Source: the human T2T-CHM13v2.0 reference genome, Homo sapiens. From it: 64,000 nt of DNA. The DNA lies in NCBI RefSeq assembly GCF_009914755.1, contig NC_060942.1. The stretch is one strand, 5' to 3'. Under the pieces are notes generated by a model. The model had not been told where the DNA came from. It worked only from the letters and a program-made list of their open reading frames with translations, and searched no databases. This document shows positions 1-10,457 of the stretch, in pieces (the stretch's first letter is position 1; every line of letters starts with the position of its first letter). A program made the position numbers and the translations under genes.

Positions 1-886
1 GACTGCATAAGATTTATATTGTTCTACCTTTTCAGTTCCTGACTGAGGTTTCTTAATGAAATTTGAAAACAAAGAAATTGATTATAAACGATCTACCAGT
101 GATCCATAAACTTATTTAATGAACAATTCTTATGTACATATATATCTCATTGACATATATTATAAGGATTTATTTTTATTTTTATTGCTCTTTTTTTTTG
201 AAGGGTTCAGCTTACAAGATCCTCCTCAATTAAAGTGTTGATGTCTTGTTTGAAACACAGGTGGGTAGATGCCCAATTTTCTTGTTATGACTATCTGGGT
301 TTCCTCTTTGTACTTACCAACCCTGGCCTCGCCTTCCCTCACTGGAATTCCCTGGAACCGTGCTGGTGCTGGCTCAGAGTTCTCCGGCCTTTCTCCTGTA
401 TGTCTCCCATCTCTGCTGCTGCTGATCTTTCCTGTGTTGTTACTCTTAACATTTCAGTTCAGTTTCACTATGCTTCTCGTGACACCTTTACGTACACACT
501 TTCCTCTGACTACTCAGAAAATATATGGCATTTTTCTTGCAATCCATTCTGCATTTTTAATGCTTGTGTAATCCTTGCACAGTTCCGGTACCTCATGCCA
601 TGATGCCTACTGCTCTGTGCCATTTGTATTCTCTTGTGGTATGGTTGGTCCCTTGAATTTCTCTAGGCAAGTCTTCTTGTGAGTCGTTCACACCAAGAAC
701 AGGCAAACCTGAGCTCACCCATCCTCCATGCAGTGGAGCATTCGTGACCCCATCCTCAAGTCTCCTTCTGGTCCCACAGGCTGGCCGGCCACACACACCT
801 GCTGCTGCACTCCATGGCCACAGGCAGGTCTTGGCAATTCACCTGCTCTCCGCAATCAAACTGAGTGCTATGGAAAGCCCAAATCC

Positions 887-1173
887 CACCGGGCACAGTA
901 GCTCACACCTATAATCCCAGCACTTCAGGAAGCTGAGGTGGGTGGATCACCTGAGGTTGGGAGTTAAAGACCAGCCTGATCAACATGGAGAAATTCCATC
1001 CCTACTAAAAATACAAAATTAGTTGGGCATGGTGGCACATGCCTGTAATCTCAGCTACTCGGGAGGCTGAGGCAGGAGAATCACTTGAACTTGGGAGGCA
1101 GAGGGCAGAGGTTGCAGTGAGCCAAGATCACACCATTGCACTCCAGCCTGGGCAATCAGAATGCAACTCCTTG

Positions 1174-1178
<5 letters not shown>
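887..1178 (+). mobile_element. Alu SINE, AluSp-like
   Basis: Dimeric Alu with the Sp-type diagnostic ...caacatggagaaa. TSD gaaagcccaaatcc (873-886) / gaaagtccaaatcc (1320-1333). Confidence 0.93.
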
Positions 1179-1225
<47 letters not shown>

Positions 1226-1322
1226 GGAGGGAGGGAGGGAGGGAGGGAGAGAGAGAGGGAGGGAGGGAGGAAGGAATGAAGGAAGGAAGGAAGGAAGGCA
1301 GGAAGGAAGGAAGGAAGAAGAA
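1174..1322 (+). repeat. Compound purine microsatellite (GAAA/GA/GGGA/GGAA)n grown from the Alu tail
   Basis: Lies between the Alu 3' end and the downstream TSD copy. Confidence 0.95.
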
Positions 1323-2262
1323 AGTCCAAATCCCAAGAAACACCTGATGTATCTGCTACCTACACCCTGTCTCCCTTCATCCCCCACACTCACAGCTGTT
1401 TAGCAGAGGACTCCCAGTGACACCCCGGGTCCCAGAGAAAAGCCTGCCCTGCCTTCCAGTTCCAGTGCATGAGGCATGAAGCCGACTGTTCAGGAAGTCA
1501 AGACTTATTTGTGAAACGAAAGGCAGTGGACCCCTGTGTTGCTGCTGGTGGGGAGCCCAGTAGGTGGGATGCTAGTCCAGCCCCTTTGGCAGTGGCGGAT
1601 TCTCCAGATGGACTTAGTCACCTGATGCTTGGCAAGACTCGGCCCCAGCTACCCCAGTGGGAGGGGGTTGTGGACAATGGAGACACTCAGAATGATTGAC
1701 CAAAATGGTTTTGAAACCTCTAGACCAAGGACCATTAATCTGAAAATGGCTCTGACTCTATTTGATTTCAATAGAAAGAAACGGCTCCTTTTGAAATGGA
1801 TAGTGACAGCCAAGCTCAGAGATAACAGACTGGCAATGACAAGACTCTACTTTTTAAAACAAACAACAGAAAACCTTCCCTAGCTGTGTTTGGACAGTTT
1901 CACTCTGTTGATTTTTAAACCATCATGAGAGTTGATCACATTCACTTCCCCACCTGCCCTCCCTCCATTGGCGCCCAGACCTGCCACCCAACTTCCTGGA
2001 AGGTCAGAGGGATCCCGACCAGGAGAGAGGATACTGGAGCATGGGGGAAAGCAGGGAGAGGGTGCACTGGGTGCAGAGAAACCAGGGGGACCCGAAGGGG
2101 ACACAAGCTAGGCAGTCCCCACAGGCCCTGCGCCCTTCACCCCTTCCACATGCTAGGGAAAGAAACCATTGTGTGAACAGAGGCAATACTGTATGAAGGG
2201 AGGAAAGGCGACGAAAAAGAATTTTACATGGACCTTAGAGAGGAAAGGAGGAAAGGAATCTG

Positions 2263-2296
2263 GTGTGTGTATGTGTATGTGTGTGTGTGTGTGTGT
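2263..2296 (+). repeat. (TG)n microsatellite
   Basis: Direct reading. Confidence 0.9.
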
Positions 2297-3729
2297 TCGT
2301 GTACATGCACAGGTACACGTGTTTTAGCCCTAGACACGTGGCCTATCAGAAGGACATGAGACAAGGTCAGGAATGAACTCCCCTTTGAATCACCCTTAAG
2401 CAGGCAGACGAATTAGGACTGATTTATGAATGTATTTCCACAATTTACTTGAAAATTTGTAATGTCTGTGCAGCCTGGCAAGAAAAAAAAAAGGCGAGGC
2501 ACTGTGAAGGAATGCTTCTGCTCCACTTCATTGTAAAATTATCCCATGCTACCTGCTCTAATCCCCTGAAAACAAATTAAATCCTCACTAAGCTGACTTT
2601 AAATCAATAGTTTCATTTAAGAATAGTGTGACTTAATAAAAATAAAAAACTAACTGGTCCAGCCAATTTAAGAGGGAAATAAATCATTGCCCAAAGAAAA
2701 ATAGCAGATTTGACTTGTATATGGGCCCTGGCTCTGTTTAGAAGGGAGAGGTGGTGTCTAAATTAACTCTGGCTGGGGAAGAAGCTCATAGACCCATTCA
2801 GAAACTCACTTTACCATGCACATCCCAGGAATAAGGAGGCCAGCCACCCCAAAATGGGAAACAGCATCTCAGTCTATATTTTGAAAAATGTAACCACTAA
2901 AAAATAGAAGATGGCATCCTCGGAAGCATCCTGGCAACCCTGAGACTGCAGCGCTCACATGTGAAGACCAAGAAACCCATGTCTGGTCATGGCAGAAGCC
3001 ACAAGGTTCCTCTTGAAGATGCACTGGTTAAGGCAACAGTGTCCTCAACAAGCCGGGACAAAGGCAAAATTAGGTGTGCTGGATAAACATCAGTAATTAT
3101 AATAGGTGCACAATCTATGTGCAATTATTCTTTGGAATAAATCTAAGTGTGGGGTAGACATATTTTTGGCAGTATACAAAGGCCTGACTACCATTTTATG
3201 AATAAAGAAAGTCATCTAGAACAAAAGAGTAAGACTCGACACAATAGGGCAAGTAGTTACAGAGAAAAGTCTGAAATCCCATAATTCTAAACTAGCACTT
3301 TATCCCATTTAGCAGAGTACTTCTTTACTAATCATATAAATTAGAAAAATGCTTAGGACCCGACGCTTGCTTACTTAATTCATTATGTATTGGGGATATA
3401 TAAACATTAAAGTGAGTGCCTTCAAAACACGACACATCAATATTATCAGTGTCACTATTGCCACTAACATATTTTAAACATTTAATAATTATACAACGTC
3501 AAGTCAGTTACTTACTGACGTTCATTGCAATCGAGCACTTTTATTTATCATTTTGACAATAACAAATAATAAAACATATTCCTTCTAGTAAAAGATTTAA
3601 GCCTAAAGAAGCCAGGCAAGACCATTTAGTTCCTTACCATAGTCCCTCTCTCAGAGACTACATTAATTTTCATTTGTTGGCCAGAAAAATACCTGGCCAA
3701 ATACCTAGAGAAATCAGTGTATGAAGATG

Positions 3730-3900
3730 GCACAGTTTGGTGGAAACACTCTGGCTTAGACTCAGGCTCTGGAGGCTCAAGTCATGCCCCCACATTTAGA
3801 ATCCTGTATTGTTTACCTAGTTATTTGACATTCTGGCCTTAGTTTTGTCATCTGTAAGATGGAGGCAATAATACCTGCACAGTTTATGGAGTCATTAGGT
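3730..3900 (+). mobile_element. MIR fragment
   Basis: MIR core-like 'ggccttagttttgtcatctgtaagatggaggcaataatacct'. Confidence 0.65.
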
Positions 3901-5179
3901 GGCCCCAAGCAGGCGATGGAGGGTACTTTGCAAGGTGATACACAAAAGTGAGAAATGACCGGGCCTCCCGTCTGTCCAAGGACAAGCATGGTAATTAATT
4001 CTAACTTAGAAAACACTGGCTTCCTATACATTCTCCCAATGTAACCATTCCATGGATGATGGCTCCAGGTAGGACCCTTGCAAAATGTGGTAACTAAAGA
4101 GTTTCTTATTGTAGAGCTAAGTAAGGGACACGCACAGCTATGCCCAGTTTATGTCAAGCCCATGGTTCAGAATGTTGGGTGGCGGGCACAGCTATGCCCA
4201 CTTCAATGTTGGGTGGTGGTAGCAAGGCATCTGGAAGAAATTATTCCAAACTTGGCTGAACCTGAGCAGTTGGTGAGATGAATTAATGGCTATTTCATGG
4301 TGTCAGTCTTGGTCCTGCTGCAAGCAAGTGACCTGACAACTACAAACTAACAACGTATTTGTTTCTATTTGTAGTAAATTAGGAGTGTTTTCCTTTTCTG
4401 GAAGGTCAACCCGTTGTTTTCAATACCCACTCAAGTGAAAACTTTCACTACTATGAAGCAATTCCACAGTGGCCGCTCCTTGGAAAGCAGTTTAAAATCA
4501 TTTTGTGAATGACTTCTCTCACTTTCTCTGGGAGGGAGGCGGGCATTTTATAAATGAAAACGCTAACCATGAGCCAGAGGCCTGGCCAGACTACTGGTAA
4601 ACGTGATCGCACAACCAAAGAACAGCTCACCACCCCTTACTGCGATTCCCAAACTTGCAGCTTCCAGCAGGGTCTGCTGTGTGCACGGAGCACCCGTCAG
4701 CCTGGAGCAGACCTGAGACGCTGGCACAAGAACTGTCATCTGGAGAAGCGTCACCTCCTGTCCGGCTGAGGTTCCACGGGGCTTCTGCCAGAGACCTGAA
4801 TAAATGTTATAGAACAGCCCAATCTCACTGTCCTCCTTTGTCTTCCAGAAGCCCTTGCCCTGTCCTGAGCTTACTGACATGGCCAAAAGACTGAAAATGC
4901 TAACAAGACAGGGAGCCCCCCATCTGCAAATCCTGTTCTTACCCATCAAGCTAAGCCAGCACCTGTACTTGTTCCAGGTTGAGCCCAACAGCAGCCTCAT
5001 ATCCTAAGGCACAGCTCGCTGAGTTCTGAGCCCTCCCAAGGGAAGGTCTTAACCCTAGCTCATCCATTTCCAAAGCTGAGGCCATGAGCCAAGTGTCCCA
5101 GGATGCTCTCCACTCTGCCCACAGAGCGAGGTCGCTGGTCTCTGAAGCAAGTCCCAGGTTTCCCACACTTCCCCCATGA

Positions 5180-5325
5180 GAAGAATTCTGGGGTGCTTGT
5201 TAAACATCCAGCTCCCCAGGTATGTACCCTGAAGATTCTGTTTGAGTTGGTCTTGAGTAGGACACAGGAACCGGTGTGTTTAATAGGCACCCAGGGGATA
5301 ACAATCAAATGTGACTCAAAGCCAG
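5180..5325. mobile_element. MER5-family hAT-Charlie DNA transposon relic
   Basis: 'ctggggtgcttgttaaa...gattctgtttgagttggtcttgagtagga...tttaataggcacccagggga' resembles MER5A/B. Confidence 0.6.
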
Positions 5326-5358
5326 CGCGGTAACCTTGGCTCAGAAACAAGCAAATCT

Positions 5359-5648
5359 GGCCAGGCGCAGTAGCCCACACCTGTAATCCCAGCACTTTGG
5401 GGGACTGAGGTGGGCGGATTACTTGAGGTCAGGAGTTCGAGACTAGCCTGGCCAACATGCTGAAACCCCTTCTCTACTAAAAATACAAAAATTAGCTGGG
5501 CGTGGTGGCAGGTGCCTGTAATCCCAGCTACTTGGGAGGCTGAGGCACAAGAATTGCTTGAACCCGAGGTGGAGGTTGCAGTGAGCCGAGATTGTGCCAC
5601 TGCACTTTAGCCTGGGTGATAGAGAGAGAATCAGTCTCAAAAAAATAA
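5359..5648 (+). mobile_element. Alu SINE (AluS)
   Basis: Full Alu; TSD agaaacaagcaaatc / agaaacaagcaagtc. Confidence 0.95.
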
Positions 5649-6889
5649 AGAAACAAGCAAGTCAGTCCAGGCTCTTAGACAATTCACCATGAGTTTTGCC
5701 AAATTCAGTCCATATGCAGAATGGTGGTACACATGTGGATTTGGTGTTTCAGGGCCCTTGTGCAAGCCATCAAACAGGGCAAACCCGCCACCCTTGCAAA
5801 ATGTGGTAACTAAAGAGCTTCTTATCAATAAGGGGCATCTATACAGGTCAAGATTTCACATGTGACTATCCCATTCCTAAGGTGACTGTCCAGTGGAGAG
5901 CCTCCTGGTTCTTTCATGGCAGGAGTGTCCCAGGAGACCATGCATCCAGAAAACATGACAGAATCAGGTGGGAAAATCAAGCTAGTCTCTGAAGCGGTTT
6001 AAACTGAGAAGTTTCCAACCACGTTTATCGGATGCTGACACGCTTCCCCATGCCTGGCTTTGCTGGACGGTCTGGGGTGTGGTTCTCTCTGCCAGCGTGG
6101 CTGCTGCACATCTTTGCTATTAATTTCCAGAGTGAAGAGATAAGGTTGGTGGGGCCACCATGACTTTGTTTCTTTTCTTTTTCTCTAATAAGAAAATTGC
6201 TTTCCAACCAGTAGAGAAATTCAGAGACAACTGGTGAGGAGGCTCGGTTGGGGAGAAGCACATTCCTACCTTTCATGTGCTCCTTCCCCAGCACCGGCAA
6301 GGCCGGTGACCTGCTATTTAGTGCAGCAGCCCGAAGGCAGCAGAGAGCAATGCTCGCAGCTTTCACCTTCTCTAATGTGGTCGGCCTACTATTTGTAAAT
6401 GAGTCTGTTTCACATTCAGTGCTACACGTACTCTTTGTGAAATAATTTTAAAAGCCTCAGGATACATTGCATAAAAAACCAAACAATTAAAACATTTCAT
6501 GAAACACAAACAACAACAGCAGAAACCCATAAAAACAGCATCTGGGCTTTCATATCTCCTTCAGGGCCTATAAAGTGGCCGGGGTTGTTGGATCACGAGC
6601 CGTGGAACCCAGCCTGCTTCTTTCTCCAAGTACAGCTAGGCCAGGTGCACCCACCCTCCCTGACAGGCACATGCCAGCAGGCCAAAGGTCCTGACACCTT
6701 GCACCCTGCTCAGCGTCTGGGAGCCTTCCACCGGCAGGTGGTTTGTGGGCGCCTTGTGTTCTCTTCACATTGACCAGAGGGCCTGCCTCCCTGAGGCCAT
6801 GTCCCTGTGGCCTCCAGGCTCCTTCCCTTTCCCATCGCGTCCTCTCTCACTGAGTCACAGGGCCTCAGAGCTCACTTGTTTCAACCATG

Positions 6890-7309
6890 CCTTAACATTG
6901 AAACTGAGACCAATTGAAACCCCCAATGCAACAGTGCTGACCGATGGTGGGACATTGAAGAGGCATTTGCAGCAGAGGGCTGGCTCTGCCCTCATAGCGG
7001 GATTAATGCTCTTTCTCCAGAGTGAACTCTCACTCTTGCAGGACTGGATGAGCTATCTGGAGAGCAGGAGGTCACAGAGCAAGGCCACCCCTTGCGTTTT
7101 GTCTCTTTGCATACACCTGCTCACCTCTCTCACATGTGCTCTTGCCAAGTAATGTCATCCACCATGTTGCAATGCACACGAAGCCCTTGCCAGATGCAGC
7201 CACCTGATCTTGAACTTCACAGCCTCCAGAACTGTGAGCTAAGCCTTTTTCTTCATAAATTACCTAGTCTCAGATCTTCTGTTATAGCTACAGAAAACAG
7301 ACCAAGACA
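6890..7309 (+). mobile_element. MaLR solo LTR (MST/MLT1A-like)
   Basis: 'gaacttcacagcctccagaactgtgag...ataaattacctagtctcag...gttatagctacagaaaacagaccaagaca' is a typical MaLR LTR 3' end. Confidence 0.8.
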
Positions 7310-7994
7310 TGACTTATCCAAGAGCTTTCAGGGAATTAATGGCCAAGCAAAGGTTTGAACAAGCAGCCCTGACTCTTGGACAGAAGTATTCCTGACACAC
7401 CATGCTGGAGGCTCAGGAGTGAAACCACCTGGCACAGGTGCTTAAAGAAAATGCAGGTAAAGAAGCAGCTGTCATTCCTAGTAGGCATAACAGGGAATCG
7501 TTCGGTGGTTGGGCTGAGGTGTGTCCCATATGTGTCCAGACACGGTCGCCCAGTGTCTGTGATTGGTGGCTAGACCATGGCATGTTTTCTGTGTCCAGAC
7601 ACAGTCACCCGGTGTCTGTCTGTCTTGCTGCATTGGGTCATGAGTGGCTTGTCTGGTGTTGCTCTTCAGCGATGTGTTGTGTTAGGGAGAATGCCAGGCC
7701 CAGCTGTGTGGGCTGGGCTGGCACCAGGGAGGGGCTGCTATTCTCTTTCTCAGAAATGCTCCCATTTCACAGCTTTGTTCCAGTTGGCTTCTGGCACGTA
7801 TCGGTCATGTGGACCTGCCCAGCAGTGTGCATACCTGCGAGTATCAGTGCCCCATCTCCACAGCATCAATCCCTTTTTGGTTCCTGTGAAAGGTCTCAGC
7901 TTCACAGTGGAGGGGCTGGGACAGGACCATTAGTGACAGCCTCAGTGCTCCTGATGTTCCTACTTGCTGAATGCCAGCATAGCCATGGTCACAG

Positions 7995-8240
7995 GCAGTG
8001 TTCTGTAAAAGTCCAGGCTTCAGAATCAGGCAGACCTGGGATTTTGCTCAGGCTCCATCTCTGACAAGTTGTGACAATGTTGAGCAGGAGACGAAATCTC
8101 TCCAGGCCTCAGTTTCCCATCTGTCAGTTTACCCTCTCTGTAAAGAAAGGGTAAAAACACTTACCTTCCATATTTATTGTGAGGATTTAATAAGATGGTA
8201 TGGGTTTACCATATGTGAAGTATTAATAAATGTTTAATCA
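7995..8240 (+). mobile_element. MIR
   Basis: 'aggcttcagaatcaggcagacctggg...gcctcagtttcccatctgt...ttgtgaggatttaataaga'. Confidence 0.75.
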
Positions 8241-8269
8241 TCACTTTACTGCCTTTTAGTAGTTACAAT

Positions 8270-8460
8270 TTACTTAACACCTACCATGTGATTTGACATT
8301 TGAAGTTCTCTCATCTTCACAAAAATACATAATTGTCCCTGTTTTACAGACAACAAACTGGAATGTAAAGAGGTTTACTAAGATACCCTGAGGTTAAAAA
8401 GTGAGTGAAGTCTGAGGCAGGGTTAAATCTCTATCTGTCTGTATCCACAACCCATAATCT
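8270..8460 (-). mobile_element. MIR (antisense, tail-to-tail with the previous copy)
   Basis: 'ccctgttttacagacaacaaactggaatgtaaagaggtt' matches the antisense MIR core. Confidence 0.55.
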
Positions 8461-9204
8461 TCCCAATTGACAAGGGATCCCTAACCAGGGGTGTGGGCCA
8501 CATGCACAGATGGCCTCAGCAATCCTGATGCAATATTGTGGGGTATGAGCTTTTTTTGGAGAAACAGTTTCATCACATCTCAAAAAAAGGTCTTGCACCA
8601 AAGAAGGTTAATAACCCAGCATTATACCAACTTTTCCTGACTTCCCCACTGCAGGGACTTTCAACATGTCTTGGCATCAAAATCTTTCTTTAAATAACAT
8701 CTTATCCAAAACTTTATCATTTACAAAAGGCAGGGAGGTTAAAAACTGCTTTGGATTAAGGGCACATAGGGGGTAGGAGAGAAGGGATCAATGGCTCAGG
8801 TCCTCACCAGCTCAGTCTCCTCCTCCTCCCAGTGCTGCCCCTGCCAGGCGCCAAGACTCCAGGGATCCCAGGTGGAAAGCCACCATGCCAATAGCCACAG
8901 TTACCACAATAGTTTTCCATATTATCTGCATTGCAGCAGCCACTAACAATTCCATCAAGAGACACTCAGAGCAGAAACCATAAATGTCTCCAAGATGCTG
9001 TGTGGACCGAGGCAACACTCAGCTCCAGCGTGACAGGTTCCACTTTAAGGACCAGGCCTCAGATGGTTGCGTGAGGAGGTTTCCTGAGCAGACAGTGCAG
9101 GGAATGGAGCACAAAGTGCTTGGTGGACCTCCCAGAATGCTCGCTGTCCTGCCTTCCAGCATGTGAGGAATTGAACTCTGAGTTGAAGACGCTTAAGCCT
9201 AGCA

Positions 9205-9487
9205 GTCAGAGGAACGCAGGACAAACATCAGCCAAGAACACCCACTGGAGGCACCTGGACAACCTTTTTCTGAATGATTTCAGAGACGCCAGGAGGAACT
9301 TCCCAAGAACGACACCCCCTATCCAGCCTGCTAGGAAGTCTGAAATGAACCCTGAGGCTTCATTATTCTGTATCCTAAAGAATGTTCTACCTTCAAACAC
9401 CCTGGCTGGAGCTGCACACACAGAAGGAGAAAGGTCCCCGGAGACCACAGGAGTCACCACTCCAGGGAGACCATGGGTTAGAGCCTC
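9205..9487 (+). repeat. Local direct duplication, copy 1
   Basis: 9231-9478 aligns without gaps to 10201-10448 with 9 mismatches in 248 bp (hand count). Confidence 0.97.
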
Positions 9488-10175
9488 AACCAATGTCTAA
9501 GCAGTGCCTTAGATTGCAACAGTGCTTCACAGCCTCACTTCATCTGTTCTTCCCAACTACTCATGAGATTGAATGCAGGAGGTAGATGATCCTCTTCTCA
9601 CAAATCAGCCACTTCATGAGATGTTTACAGAGGGATGCAGCAGAAATACTGATGCTGAGCCTGTCCCCTCTCCAAATCACTACACCTACACCAAGAGGGT
9701 ACAAGAAAAGAAGTGGGAAAAGGCATTAAAAAATAATTTTAGCTGTTTCTTAAAAGTCTCTGGCCTTGACATTGGCTAGGCATCATCAGAACACTAGACC
9801 ACATTGCACTTAATAAGCATTGACTTTATAGGAATCTGTCTTCCAAATGTATTGCTTCCCGCTATGCTGTCTTCTGTTGTAAAAACACTGCAGCATTTTT
9901 ACAGGTTCCTAGAAAACCCAGAAAGAGTTTCTAGAATCCTAGTCTCACATAAGGAGCTGCATTCCAACGTGAGGTATCTGTAGCCTGCATTGGACTGGTG
10001 GTGACCAGTGTTTCCTGATCTACATTATGGAAACACCATCACAAGGGATAGCTCCAGAAAATGGCTAATTTCAGGGCCAGGTCACGGAGGAAAATGTGGC
10101 ACAATTGCCATCAACCCAATCAGCAAGTGGATGATCACTAGGATAATGCCCTTCTCCGTGAGCCCTTAGAACAAT

Positions 10176-10457
10176 GTCAGAGGAACGCCGCACAAACATG
10201 GCCAAGAACACCCTCTGGAGGCACCTGGACAACCTTTTTCTGAATGATTTCAGAGATGCCAGGAGGAACTTCCCAAGAACGACACCCCCTACCCAACCTT
10301 CTAGGAAGTCTGAAATGAACCCTAAGGTTTCATTATTCTGTATCCTAAAGAATGTTCTACCTTCAAATACCCTGGGTGGAGCTGCACACACAGAAGGAGA
10401 AAGGTCCCCGGAGACCACAGGAGTCACCACTCCAGGGAGACCATGGGTCTTAGCCTC
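10176..10457 (+). repeat. Local direct duplication, copy 2
   Basis: Partner of copy 1, offset 970 bp. Confidence 0.97.

Noticed and set aside
1039-1403. Charged or Ser/Leu/Pro-rich ORFs
   Set aside because: Alu plus purine microsatellite translation; the same applies at 49813-50200.
7438-8064. 208-aa ORF
   Set aside because: GTG start, no recognisable domain, runs into a MIR, and has no supporting exon structure.
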